Notes: generated by a model from the sequence alone, not told the origin. A DNA stretch of 63,988 nt, filler included, from Octopus bimaculoides (GCF_001194135.2; 7 parts of 6 records of this genome joined end to end with filler, not necessarily neighbours in it), one strand, 5' to 3'. Shown: positions 10,934-23,994, counted from the first letter of the whole stretch. Translations and numbers: made by a program.

Positions 10934-11844
10934 TGTGTGTGAGTGTGTGTGTATGTGTGTGTGTGTGTGTGTGTGTATATGTGCAGAGTGGGGAGGGGTC
11001 GTTCTTCTAAACATTCGTTATTATTTATCCCTTCAAAGCCAAACAAACACCGCAATTCATCGCCCACCCTAATCCCTACCCCAGCAATTCTGTCTTCATC
11101 ACCGTACACACCCCGAGCTGACACCCTCAATACGTTAAAACACATAGACACGTGCACGTCCAGACGAACACACACATACATACAAACACATGTATACGCA
11201 TACACACAAGTATTCACATACGCACATGCATATACACGCATGTATACGCATACATATACACAAACACATATATAGACAAACGTGCGCGCTTGCCTACATA
11301 TACGCATACATGCACACGTATACACATGTACATGTATACACGCACGCACGTATACACACACACACACACACACACACACATCAGCATCGCCGACGCCACA
11401 ACCACCACCATCATCATCATCATCATCATCACCACCATCACCACTATCACCACCACCACCACCACTACGACCTCCACTCCCAGCTACCGCTACCACTATC
11501 TCCACCGCACCCCTTCGTAAATCTCTTTCACCCACCCACCCNNNNNNNNNNNNNNNNNNNNNNNNNNNNNNNNNNNNNNNNNNNNNNNNNNNNNNNNNNN
11601 NNNNNNNNNNNNNNNNNNNNNNNNNNNNNNNNNNNNNNNNNNNNNNNNNNNNNNNNNNNNNNNNNNNNNNNNNCTTAATTTCACCCCCACCCCAATCGTC
11701 GCAACCCCAGCCCCCACCGCCACTCCTGTATTTCATGCCATCACAAAGAATCACCAACTCTTCCAGACTGTTCACCGAGAAATTTCTCTTCTTTGTTTAC
11801 ACAAACATCACCGACACCTACTATCGCAGCGCCACCTGCATCAA

Positions 11845-12720
11845 CAAGGGAGCTCAGCGTGGTCGCTCGACATGCTAGAAATAGCAATCGAATCTCCCTT
11901 CAAACCACACGCGACCTGTAAAAGGAACACGTTGTATGTATGTATGACGTGATACTAGATTCAAATTCAGAGGGGGACGTCACGGCTGGAACATCTTTGA
12001 TCACAGGTCTTGCGGTATTTGAATTCAGAATGTCCAGAACCGGAAAAAATGCTGTTAAGCATTTCATCCGGCGTGTTAACGATTCTACCAGATCGTCGCT
12101 CAAATACTGGTTTGCAATTTGGGGTCCCTCGGAGAGAAGGGCGAAGGTGGGGGGCAAATCGATATTATTGACCCAAGTGCTTAACTGGTATTGATTTCAT
12201 CCACCTTGAAAAGATGAAAGACAAAGCCGGACGAAATACTGCTAAGCATTTTTGTCCGGCGTGTCAATCATTCTGCCTGCCGACTCAGTAATGACAATGA
12301 TGATAAGCGTTTCAAATTTTGACACCAGGCTTGAAATCTTGGGGGCAGGGGGTTACTCGATTACATCGCTCCCAGTACTGGCCGCCGTAGCAACAACAAT
12401 ATCATTATGACCGTAAACAGGCGGAGTTATCTGCGTGGGCGCTCCACCGACTAAATTCCTCAGAATCAAATCCTATCGTCTTACAAAAGAAAAGGGGACA
12501 TTGGAATGTTTTTGATTGCTTGTCTACAAGATCAGGGCTGAGCTGGGCCCGAAGAAGAACAAGGAAAGAAACATTAAAATAATGTTATCCTTGATAGACT
12601 GTGTCGAAAAGGCAAGGTTATAAGGGACTAGGAATGTCTTTAATCGTGTAGGTCTTCTGGATCAAGGATGGGCCCTGAGCTAAGAAACAACAACAACTAC
12701 AACAGCTACAGCAAGAAGAA
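11845..12720. mobile_element. Nested SINE fragments (tail with CTAGAAATAGC..AATCTCCC, two minus-strand tRNA-head SINE pieces at about 12016-12090 and 12100-12285, tail ending (AAC)n)
   Basis: Motifs shared with other copies in the window (36000, 44700, 56900, 19070). Confidence 0.65.
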
Positions 12721-12856
12721 GAAGAAGAAGAAGAAGATTATTTATTTATTGTTAAAACAAGTATTTTTTTTAGATATTTAGTATAAGTTACAATACGTAC
12801 GTTGATTTTATTATTATTATTTTTATTTTAGACCTGACGAGTGACTATATTTTTGA

Positions 12857-13252
12857 ATAGATTTAACTGTAGATCGATTTGATAATTAATAGAATTATTT
12901 ATTGAATTGGTTTTAGTAGTTATCTATTTGAAAATATACCCACGAAACGTACGTACTCATTTTATACCATTTACTAGTTATTCTTTTTGTATTTTATTGA
13001 TTTTTTGAATAAGGTTTTTGTGATATGTTTGTTTTCTGGTTTTCTGTGGGGTGTGAGTTGAATTCTTCTTTGTTGAATTATTTAAGTGTGGTTTATATAT
13101 ATATATATATATATATATAAATTTTATAAGGAATATTCTAAAAGAATATGTTACTGAACTTATATTAAGTGCTCTATTATTTTGAGCAAATAAATAAATA
13201 TATATGTGTTTTTATATCATTAATAATCAAATCGATCTACAGTTAAATCTAT
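12857..13252. mobile_element. MITE-like element bounded by a perfect 27-bp inverted repeat
   Basis: ATAGATTTAACTGTAGATCGATTTGAT (12857-12883) is the exact reverse complement of 13226-13252; AT-rich interior; no clear TSD. Confidence 0.6.
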
Positions 13253-13264
13253 ATTCCACAAAGT

Positions 13265-13640
13265 CTTAGAATTTATGCTGCTGGATACGTGGAGGTGCTG
13301 GAGACAGTTGTTAAGCCCTGGATAGATGAAGTGCACCAATGAAAAGCCATACATATCTCAACAAGTCTCGGTTCCTATTCAGAAAACTCGCATACACCAG
13401 ATATAGATGTCAGACAATATGTCAGATGTCAGACAATATGTCAGATGTCAGACAATCTTTACGATCATTTAACACCAAACTTGTGGCTTCGAAGCTCGCC
13501 AGGGAGACTAATCGATTCCGGATGATGTCCGAAATGAACAAGGAAGATTTAGTGCAAGCATGTCAAAGACTCCAGTCCTGTATTGAAGCATTCATTGAAG
13601 CTGAAGACGGGATCCTTGAATCATTTCATATGAAACCTTA
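13265..13640 (+). mobile_element. Tc1/mariner transposase remnant of maT (DD37D) type with internal deletions
   Basis: LRIYAAGYVEVLETVVKPWIDEV..KPYISQQ..; LYDHLTPNLW..SSP; MNKEDLVQACQRLQSCIEAFIEAEDG, matching the recalled maT C-terminus. Confidence 0.75.
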
Positions 13641-13994
13641 ATGAGAAAGATGAAAACAATTAGTTTTAAATCTCTGAGCGAGAAGTAAGGAGTAACAACA
13701 GTTCCACAGAGTAAAATCCATTTGCCAACGTATCGTGGCAGTCCTGGTTAGGACGATGTTTCTACCAAGAAAAAATGTTTTCCTGGGGCTACAAAAGGTA
13801 GTCACATCGTCCTAATCAGGACTGCAACTTTACGTTGACAAATGAGAGAATTGTACACGAATATTTATGGAAATACATTCGGTTTTCCCAAGATGGAAGA
13901 TGCTTTATTAAATGACCAAAGATGTCTTCAAATACACCTTGCACCATGTATGTATGTGTGTGTGTGTGTATACACACGCATATATATATGTATG

Positions 13995-14043
<49 letters not shown>

Positions 14044-15970
14044 NNNNNNNNNNNNNNNNNNNNNNNNNNNNNNNNNNNNNNNNNNNNNNNNNNNNNNNNN
14101 NNNNNNNNNNNNNNNNNNNNNNNNNNNNNNNNNNNNNNNNNNNNNNNNNNNNNNNNNNNNNNNNNNNNNNNNNNNNNNNNNNNNNNNNNNNNNNNNNNNN
14201 NNNNNNNNNNNNNNNNNNNNNNNNNNNNNNNNNNNNNNNNNNNNNNNNNNNNNNNNNNNNNNNNNNNNNNNNNNNNNNNNNNNNNNNNNNNNNNNNNNNN
14301 NNNNNNNNNNNNNNNNNNNNNNNNNNNNNNNNNNNNNNNNNNNNNNNNNNNNNNNNNNNNNNNNNNNNNNNNNNNNNNNNNNNNNNNNNNNNNNNNNNNN
14401 NNNNNNNNNNNNNNNNNNNNNNNNNNNNNNNNNNNNNNNNNNNNNNNNNNNNNNNNNNNNNNNNNNNNNNNNNNNNNNNNNNNNNNNNNNNNNNNNNNNN
14501 NNNNNNNNNNNNNNNNNNNNNNNNNNNNNNNNNNNNNNNNNNNNNNNNNNNNNNNNNNNNNNNNNNNNNNNNNNNNNNNNNNNNNNNNNNNNNNNNNNNN
14601 NNNNNNNNNNNNNNNNNNNNNNNNNNNNNNNNNNNNNNNNNNNNNNNNNNNNNNNNNNNNNNNNNNNNNNNNNNNNNNNNNNNNNNNNNNNNNNNNNNNN
14701 NNNNNNNNNNNNNNNNNNNNNNNNNNNNNNNNNNNNNNNNNNNNNNNNNNNNNNNNNNNNNNNNNNNNNNNNNNNNNNNNNNNNNNNNNNNNNNNNNNNN
14801 NNNNNNNNNNNNNNNNNNNNNNNNNNNNNNNNNNNNNNNNNNNNNNNNNNNNNNNNNNNNNNNNNNNNNNNNNNNNNNNNNNNNNNNNNNNNNNNNNNNN
14901 NNNNNNNNNNNNATATATATGCATGAGTATGCAAAGGAAAAAGAGGAAGAGAGCGGGTAAGAGATTATGCAGATATGTGCATGCACACACATACACACAC
15001 ACACACAAACACATATATACACACACACATGCACAAACATACACACACATTCGAAAACACACAAACATTCACCCTTCGTCCCTACACACACACACACACT
15101 TGTACACCTACATTGTTGAAGAAAGCACTGTTTACCCCTCCCCTCTCATGNNNNNNNNNNNNNNNNNNNNNNNNNNNNNNNNNNNNNNNNNNNNNNNNNN
15201 NNNNNNNNNNNNNNNNNNNNNNNNNNNNNNNNNNNNNNNNNNNNNNNNNNNNNNNNNNNNNNNNNNNNNNNNNNNNNNNNNNNNNNNNNNNNNNNNNNNN
15301 NNNNNNNNNNNNNNNNNNNNNNNNNNNNNNNNNNNNNNNNNNNNNNNNNNNNNNNNNNNNNNNNNNNNNNNNNNNNNNNNNNNNNNNNNNNNNNNNNNNN
15401 NNNNNNNNNNNNNNNNNNNNNNNNNNNNNNNNNNNNNNNNNNNNNNNNNNNNNNNNNNNNNNNNNNNNNNNNNNNNNNNNNNNNNNNNNNNNNNNNNNNN
15501 NNNNNNNNNNNNNNNNNNNNNNNNNNNNNNNNNNNNNNNNNNNNNNNNNNNNNNNNNNNNNNNNNNNNNNNNNNNNNNNNNNNNNNNNNNNNNNNNNNNN
15601 NNNNNNNNNNNNNNNNNNNNNNNNNNNNNNNNNNNNNNNNNNNNNNNNNNNNNNNNNNNNNNNNNNNNNNNNNNNNNNNNNNNNNNNNNNNNNNNNNNNN
15701 NNNNNNNNNNNNNNNNNNNNNNNNNNNNNNNNNNNNNNNNNNNNNNNNNNNNNNNNNNNNNNNNNNNNNNNNNNNNNNNNNNNNNNNNNNNNNNNNNNNN
15801 NNNNNNNNNNNNNNNNNNNNNNNNNNNNNNNNNNNNNNNNNNNNNNNNNNNNNNNNNNNNNNNNNNNNNNNNNNNNNNNNNNNNNNNNNNNNNNNNNNNN
15901 NNNNNNNNNNNNNNNNNNNNNNNNNNNNNNNNNNNNNNNNNNNNNNNNNNNNNNNNNNNNNNNNNNNNNN

Positions 15971-16120
15971 GTGTGGAAAGAAGCTTGCTTCCCAGCTATA
16001 TAGTTCTGGGTTCAGTTCCACCGCGTGGTACCTAGGGGAAGTGTGTTCTACTATAGCCTCGGGCCGACCAGAGTTTTGTGAGTGGATTTGGTAGACGGAA
16101 ACTGAAAGAAACCCGTCGCG

Positions 16121-16153
<33 letters not shown>

Positions 16154-16375
16154 ATGTGTGTGTGTGTGTGTGTGTGTATTTATGTGTGTGTGTGTCTGTG
16201 CTTGTCCTTCACGGCATTACTTGACAACCGATGCTGGTGTGTTTGCATGCCCGTAACTTAGCGGTTCGACAAAAGAAACCGATAGAATAAGTACTAGGCT
16301 CACAAAGAATAAATCTTGGAGTCAGTTTCTTCGACTAAAACTCTTTAAGGCGGTGCTCCAGCATTGCCTACCAAC
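15971..16375 (+). mobile_element. SINE family A (tRNA head, CORE-like region, internal microsatellite, tail GGCGGTGCTCCAGCAT)
   Basis: Closely similar to 21916-22334. Confidence 0.85.
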
Positions 16376-17130
16376 ATGGGATGGTAAATAACAATGGATT
16401 AAATTACGATTTTCTTCTGAAGATTTGGCGTTTCAATATGATTACACAATCATCTACTAAACGATAACTTCAGAACATAATAGTGTTCGTTGGTGGAACA
16501 CACGTAAACATTATGCAGTTTATCATGTTATAATAAAACGATCAACTAAACTTTCTTTCTTATTCCGCTTTCATATATATATATTCCATATAATTCCTAT
16601 TAACAAATGAAACATGTGTAATGATGAATAACTTATACCAAAACTTTCGTATTTCCTGTTTTGTTATATGTATATGTGTGTGTGTGTGAACGCGCGTGTG
16701 TTTGTATGTGTTGTATATATGTATGTATGTATGTATGTATATGTATACACATATATTTATATATATATATATATATATATATACCCGCACATACAACCAC
16801 AGTGCAGTACATGCGTACAATTCACACCGAATAAATAATAACCCGAAACATCAAACAGTTTTACTGATAAAACCTAAGAGCTCTAGAATTAACTAACAAA
16901 GATAAAGCTGTGGCTATAATCTTTATTTATGTACATGTATTAACAGTATGTGTGTGTGTCTGTATGTGTGTCTATGCATATACCTGTGTGTGTGTATATA
17001 TATATATATACACACACACATACATACACAAACACACAAAGTACTATATATCTGCAGGGTTTTTTTTAATGTTTATAAGTTCTTATGTAGGATTCTGATA
17101 TTTGTTTGTGGTATGTATGTATGTATGTGT

Positions 17131-17341
17131 GGAGGCGCAATGGCCCAGTGGTTAGAGCAGCGGACACGTGGTCATAGGATCGCGGTTTCGGTTCCCAGAC
17201 CAGGCGTTGTGAGTGTTTATTGAGCGAAAACACCTAAAGCTCCACGAGGCTCCGGTAGGGGATGGTGGCGAACCCTGCTGTACTCTTTCACAACTTTCTC
17301 TCACTCTTTCTTCCTGTTTCTGTTGTGCCTGTATTTCAAAG
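17131..17341 (+). mobile_element. SINE family B, 3'-truncated
   Basis: GGAGGCGCAATGGCCCAGTGGTTAGAGC A-box and GGTTTCGGTTCC B-box; colinear with the fuller copy at 57862-58245. Confidence 0.85.
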
Positions 17342-17419
17342 AAATATGTATGTATGTATGTTCTCTTCTGTTTTTATATGAATTCTTCAGAGGAAGGAGC
17401 TGATAACGAAAACAATGCC

Positions 17420-18135
17420 ACATTTTAAATTTGAAGAAAGTCTTGCATATTTTCACTGTTCCGCTTACAGTTTGTATTTGTAATGTGCAAGTCATTTGGT
17501 TGATCTCTTCTTCTGTAAACCTTAACTTCTCCACATTGTCAGTTATTTACTCACAAAGTCAAGTGTACCGAGTACCATTGATATAAATATGAATTTATAA
17601 TCTGATTATAAGAGCTGAAGGCATCGAAGCAGCAGTTGACCATAGTTATCTTCTTTCTCTTTGATTTTCTAAGGGAAATCCACATCAGCAGATCAGCTGC
17701 CCTCCGTGACGGAACATACTTTGCCTTGTTATCCCAAACAACAATGTCCGGCCTGTTATGCTTACACTTCTCAGATGTTTCGATGGACATGTTCCAACCA
17801 TATTCCTTGTGCTGATATTTGTGTACGCTTTCAGTAATAGAGGGATTTTCTATATTTATTCTAGGACAATCTTCTTTCTTTTCCGGATGGCGTTGTATAT
17901 TGTTTTTGCGATAACGTCGTGTCGCATAGCGAGGTAGAACCTTGATGGCGCTTTTGGGGCAGCTGATGGCTTCCACAAAAATATGACATAATTCATATTT
18001 TCGGTTGCATCGCGGAGTTCCAAGAGCTTTACTGTCTCTTTTGTTGATTGTGTATTTCGTAGCAACCTCCTTGTCTTGGATTGGAAATGCATAGACTCCG
18101 AAGTGTGATGGAATGTAGCGAACACGCGTCCAAGA
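17420..18135 (-). mobile_element. R4/Dong-like non-LTR retrotransposon C-terminus (zinc knuckle remnant plus restriction-like endonuclease)
   Basis: Across frameshifts: HFGVYAFPIQDKEVATKYTINKR; ISCPK..SRFYLAMRHDVIAKTIYNAI; EYGWNMSIETSEKCKHNRPDIVVWDNKAK; LRFTEEEINQMTCTLQIQTVSGTVKICKTFFKF. RHD and RPDIVV are RLE hallmarks. Confidence 0.85.
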
Positions 18136-19189
18136 GAAGCTGCACTTCTTGTCGATACATAGAGAGGGGGGGGGAGAAAGAGAGAAAGGGAGGGAGAGAG
18201 AAAGAGCGAAATTGATAGGTAGACAGACATGTCATAAGTATTGCGCTTCTCCTACTCCTACTACAACCACCACCACCACTACCACTGCTGCTGCTGCTGC
18301 CATCATTCTTCTCAGCAACAAGAGCGCCCCTAGCCATCCTACTCCACCCCGACCACAGCCACCTTGTAGCGGATGAAAAACAAAATCTTAGGGTATTAAA
18401 GGGACATGAATGGAAGGGCGGATGGGGGTTGTAGGGCGGACGAAGGTAGAAATAAGGAGAGGAAAGAAGGGATTAATATAATGAAAAAGGGGGGCGAGTG
18501 GGTAGGAAGATTAGTGATGAGGTTTGTTGGAAGAATGGGGCGGAGGACAAGCTAGGAAATGCTTGTGTGTATATGTGTGTATATGTGTGTATATGTATGC
18601 GTGTATGTGTGTGTGTTACGTGCATCTATAGTTTTGTGTGTGTATATATACACATATGTGGCGGTGTGTATAGATATGTTTGTATACATATATATCCATA
18701 TGTGTATGTGCGTGTGAGTATCGTCATGTGTGTACATATATGTGTGTAATGTTTGTATGTATGTGTGTGTATAGTTGTGTATGTGTGTGTGTGTGCATAA
18801 GTGTGTGTGTGTAGTTATGCGTTTAGATGTGTGTGTACAGCTATGTGAGAATGTGTGTGTCTATAGCTATGTGAATATGTGTGTGTGCGTGTGTGTATTG
18901 GCTGAATACGTGGTTTTAGAGTTTGTGTATGTGTGTATCCCATTCCCTATTGTTGTTAGTCGTCTATTGTCGAAGGCACTCCATGCTTGACCAACACGCC
19001 TTATATTCAAGTAAATTGAATCTGGAACTACATTATTGAGAGATTGCAACGTGCGAATAGAGGAAGATTTGACTGCTATTTCTGGCAGTTTTAAGGACCG
19101 GGTGCATCTACCCGATCTGGCTCACCTGTTTTATGTTTTGTATTTATGTGTGCGCGTATGTGTGTGTATATGTGTTTGTATGTGTGTGT

Positions 19190-19425
19190 GTGTGGGGGGG
19201 GGATCTTTGTGTCTGTGTTTGTCCCCCACATCCACCGTTTGACAACCGGTGTTGGTGTGTTAACGTCCCCGTAACAAGCGGTTCGGCAAAAAGGGATCAA
19301 TAAAATAAGTACTAGGCTTACAAAGAATTATTCCTGGGGTCGATTTCTTCGACTAAAATAAAAACCTTTGCGGCGGTGCTCCAGCATGGCCGCAGCCAAA
19401 TGACTGACACAGGTAAAAGAATAAC
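19190..19425 (+). mobile_element. SINE family A, 3' half
   Basis: TGTTTGTCCCCC..GACAACCG..AATAAGTACTAGGCTTACAAAG..GGCGGTGCTCCAGCATGGCC. Confidence 0.85.
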
Positions 19426-19563
19426 AAAAAAAGGACATGTGTATACATGTGTATATCTGCGTATTTTTGTATGTCCCTGTGTATATGTATAGCTATGTGT
19501 ATATATGCGTGTATGTGTGTATCCATGTTTCTGTATGTAGACATCTATGCGTATGTGTGTATG

Positions 19564-19636
<73 letters not shown>

Positions 19637-19721
19637 GTGTGTGTGTATATATATATATATGTGTGTGTGTTTACATATATATATATACATTTATGTGTAT
19701 GTATATGTATATATACGTATA

Positions 19722-19803
<82 letters not shown>

Positions 19804-19900
19804 CATGCACATGTACGTATGTGTGTGTATGAGCATATACATAATGTATGAAAATGTATGTATGGGTATGTAAGTTAAAGTATGTGTATATTTGTGTATG

Positions 19901-19943
<43 letters not shown>

Positions 19944-19944
19944 A

Positions 19945-19995
<51 letters not shown>

Positions 19996-21217
19996 ACATA
20001 GGTATATGCTTATATGTATGTGTCCCTGCATACACACACACACACATATATATATATAAACATACATTTATATACATACATACGTAGATAAGGACACACG
20101 CACACACCCACAGCAGGGAGACCACAACGATTACAGCAATTCCCACGCTCCGAGGGCAGATTTTTTTTCTATTTTGCTTTCCTCCTCCCTCCGCCCGTCC
20201 CTCCCTCACCAACACCACCACCACTCCCAGCTCCTCTCCCTCCCCCCTCCCCCAACCCTGCGTCCATGTGTCTTTATTTTCTTTTTCTAACTTTTTGTTT
20301 TAAATTCTTTTTGTTTTGTTTTGTTTTCGTGGTTGTTGTTTTGGTTTGTTCGTTGGTTTCAGTCNNNNNNNNNNNNNNNNNNNNNNNNNNNNNNNNNNNN
20401 NNNNNNNNNNNNNNNNNNNNNNNNNNNNNNNNNNNNNNNNNNNNNNNNNNNNNNNNNNNNNNNNNNNNNNNNNNNNNNNNNNNNNNNNNNNNNNNNNNNN
20501 NNNNNNNNNNNNNNNNNNNNNNNNNNNNNNNNNNNNNNNNNNNNNNNNNNNNNNNNNNNNNNNNNNNNNNNNNNNNNNNNNNNNNNNNNNNNNNNNNNNN
20601 NNNNNNNNNNNNNNNNNNNNNNNNNNNNNNNNNNNNNNNNNNNNNNNNNNNNNNNNNNNNNNNNNNNNNNNNNNNNNNNNNNNNNNNNNNNNNNNNNNNN
20701 NNNNNNNNNNNNNNNNNNNNNNNNNNNNNNNNNNNNNNNNNNNNNNNNNNNNNNNNNNNNNNNNNNNNNNNNNNNNNNNNNNNNNNNNNNNNNNNNNNNN
20801 NNNNNNNNNNNNNNNNNNNNNNNNNNNNNNNNNNNNNNNNNNNNNNNNNNNNNNNNNNNNNNNNNNNNNNNNNNNNNNNNNNNNNNNNNNNNNNNNNNNN
20901 NNNNNNNNNNNNNNNNNNNNNNNNNNNNNNNNNNNNNNNNNNNNNNNNNNNNNNNNNNNNNNNNNNNNNNNNNNNNNNNNNNNNNNNNNNNNNNNNNNNN
21001 NNNNNNNNNNNNNNNNNNNNNNNNNNNNNNNNNNNNNNNNNNNNNNNNNNNNNNNNNNNNNNNNNNNNNNNNNNNNNNNNNNNNNNNNNNNNNNNNNNNN
21101 NNNNNNNNNNNNNNNNNNNNNNNNNNNNNNNNNNNNNNNNNNNNNNNNNNNNNNNNNNNNNNNNNNNNNNNNNNNNNNNNNNNNNNNNNNNNNNNNNNNN
21201 NNNNNNNNNNNNNNNNN

Positions 21218-21280
<63 letters not shown>

Positions 21281-21915
21281 ATGAGTTGATGAAATTCCGA
21301 GTTTCATGAAAGAATGTTTTATATTTCAAAATAAATTCCTCGCAAATTTGGTCGCTGGGTACGAAACATCGAGGAAAAACATCGAACCAGTCAGGCTGAA
21401 ACTCATCTCTATAGATTGGATGAGAGCAATTATTGGCATTATGACCCTCCCGAAATAATTTTTTTAAATGTTTCAAATCATGTGTCCATATCAAGAATCT
21501 TGCAAACTAAATACAAATACTTCTGATTTATATTTATGATTTTGTGGGGAAATAGCCGAGTAATGCAATGGTTAAAATTTATTACATCTCACAAATCCAC
21601 ACGAATAACCTTGCAAGCTAAATTACAAAAAGGAAATAAGGAAAAATAATTCTAAATATAAGTCCTTATCACCCTCCAAACATATAACGTAATTTACTTC
21701 CTAAGATGTGTAGACGCATATTATTATTATTATCTTCAACAGACGCCATATTTATGAGTCAGTACATTTCATTATTACGATGCGGCCCTAATGAACAGCG
21801 GACTCACTGGAAAGATACAATATTCACCTGGGCTTTACACCCCAAGGAGTAGGAAAAGGTGTAAAATCTTGTGGGATAATTTTCTCTTACAAACAAACGT
21901 TACAAAAGAGTTTGT

Positions 21916-22334
21916 AGGAGTGGCTGTGTGGTAAGTAGCTTGCTTACCAACCACATGGTCCCGGGTTCAGTCCCACTGCGTGGCATCTTGGGCAAGTGTC
22001 TTCTACTATAGCCTCGGGCCGACCAATGCCTTGTGAGTGGATTTGGTAGACGGAAACTAAAAGAAGCCTGTCGTATATATGTATATATATATATATATAT
22101 GTATGTGTGTATGTGTTTGTATGTCTGTGTTTGTCCCCTCAACATCGCTTGACAACCGATGCTGGTGTGTTTATGTCCCCGTAACTTAGCGGTTCGGCAA
22201 AAGAGACCGAAAGAATAAGTACTAGGCTTCCAAAGAATAAGTCCTGGGGTCGATTTGCTCGACTAAAGGCGGTGCTCCAGCATGGCCACAGTCAAAAGAC
22301 TGAAACAAGTAAAAGAGTAAAAGAGTAAAAGAGT
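21916..22334 (+). mobile_element. Full-length SINE family A with (AAAAGAGT)n tail
   Basis: tRNA-like head (TGGCTGTGTGGT; GGTTCAGTCCC), central (TA)/(TG) microsatellite, tail repeats; AAAAGAGT also present at 21904-21911 just upstream. Confidence 0.92.
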
Positions 22335-22339
22335 AATCT

Positions 22340-23050
22340 CTTATCGTTTTCCAGCGAATCACAAAAGCCATTAAAATCTTCAATAGAAATTTTATTAATG
22401 TGTGTTATTCTGCATGTTAAAAATTTCTAGTTCCTTCTGAATTTACAATGCTAAAGAGCGTTCTTGCACAATTAACGAACCTCCTATACTTACGTGTCAC
22501 TGTGCGAATCATGATAATCGGTCAGCAAAATCGTTGATATACTGCACTGAAGTACACTCAAACAGTAACTCTAGACTTGCATTGAATACGAATACACTGA
22601 ATATTCTTTTAAAGCTCGGATTTAACAGCACAGGCATTCCTTTATTAATTTCCTAAAGGAATTTTGCAAATGCTTCATCGAAGTATATTCGGCATTTGAA
22701 AGATAGAATCCCATACACTTGAAATTACTCGGTCATTTTTAATCAAACATCGCCGAATCGCTTTCGGTCGGAACTGCAGCTCCATCCGTGCCAAACGGAG
22801 AAGCTGCTTCTCCTGTGTCAGAATTCTGAAAGTTTTTCACTTTGACCTGAACTTTTATCATCTTGTAAACACCATCGAGAGTTGTCTTTATGCAATTATA
22901 CACCCTCTCAGTGGATGAAACTAAAACACACTGTTATACGCCGTCAGACACCGCGTCCATTCTTGTTATCCAATTTTCCTTCTCAAGTAATGGAATATTA
23001 AGTCGTAAGATCGTATAGTTGTTCCGATAATGTCCTTCACTCGAAAATGC
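22340..23050 (-). mobile_element. Possible ancient hAT-like transposase remnant
   Basis: Minus-strand peptides TERVYNCIKTTL..FGTDGAAV and VNCARTLFSIVN..RN resemble the hAT catalytic (TDGA) and dimerisation (CER.FS..RN) motifs; many stops. Confidence 0.33.
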
Positions 23051-23434
23051 ATTTTAACCATCTATCTAAAATTTAGACGCATCTACATTCAATTCAATAA
23101 TTTAATAGATACGCATTATCTATAGATATTTATTCATTTTCCCCCATTGGCTGTTCTTCAAAATCCACGTTCACACCCGTCTTTTAATCCTAGATTTTCA
23201 AAAAGTTTTCTTGTAGGAGCCTTACTGAATAGAATGGCTCAGGATCTAATCACAACCTGTCATCAGGTTCAGATATCTTCTCAATGTTCCGCTCCATTTT
23301 CTGGTTATTTTCTTCTAGTTATCACTATTATCCAAAAATTCGAAACGAAGAACTCGGGAAATCGCAGCAACAGAGTGGGAAGTATTCACCTTCAGGCAGG
23401 TGTGTGCATGTATACACACACACACACACACATA

Positions 23435-23725
23435 CACGACAGGCTTCTTTCAGTTTCCGTATGCCAAATCCACTCACAAGGATTTGGTCACCCCAAGGCT
23501 ATACGCTGCGCGCACATAAGCATATATATATACACATGATACGCGATGTTTCCCCACTCGTATTACGCCTATAAAACTCTCCTCAAATGGCACCGGTCGA
23601 ACGCCAAATTTGGTAGAAAAACAAAAACAAAAAAAATCACCTGCCCAGGTATGACAGCGCGGTGGGTTTGAATCAGGAACCATGTGGTTGCAAGGCGAAC
23701 CTCTTAACAGTACAGCTACGCATGT
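23435..23725 (-). mobile_element. SINE family A pieces, interrupted
   Basis: CGACAGGCTTCTTTCAGTTTCCGT..CCAAATCCACTCACAAGG and GGAACCATGTGGTTG. Confidence 0.65.
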
Positions 23726-23994
23726 CTATAAAGAGGTACTTTTANNNNNNNNNNNNNNNNNNNNNNNNNNNNNNNNNNNNNNNNNNNNTTAATTAATTAA
23801 NNNNNNNNNNNNNNNNNNNNNNNNNNNNNNNNNNNNNNNNNNNNTATACCCCAAAATTTGGGTGTATTTCTAATGTTTAACTTGAGAGAGAGTCTATGTA
23901 TGTCTATTTGGTTCAGTAATGCTGTATAACTGAACTATTTCGTTCAAATAGAATTATTTTAAAATCTGCTTAATGATAAATAAATATATATATA

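Noticed and set aside
13816-16147. Long ORFs of 300-700 aa here and at other gaps
   Set aside because: Composed of X from N runs plus dinucleotide-repeat translations; no coding evidence.
17131-17200. tRNA gene-like A/B boxes here and at other SINE heads
   Set aside because: No complete cloverleaf or Pol III terminator; they continue into SINE bodies.
17484-17502. Alternative last exon for the LamG3 gene (FVFVMCKSFG*) after the TTACAG acceptor
   Set aside because: Lacks the conserved Tyr and lies on the antisense strand of the R4-like element.
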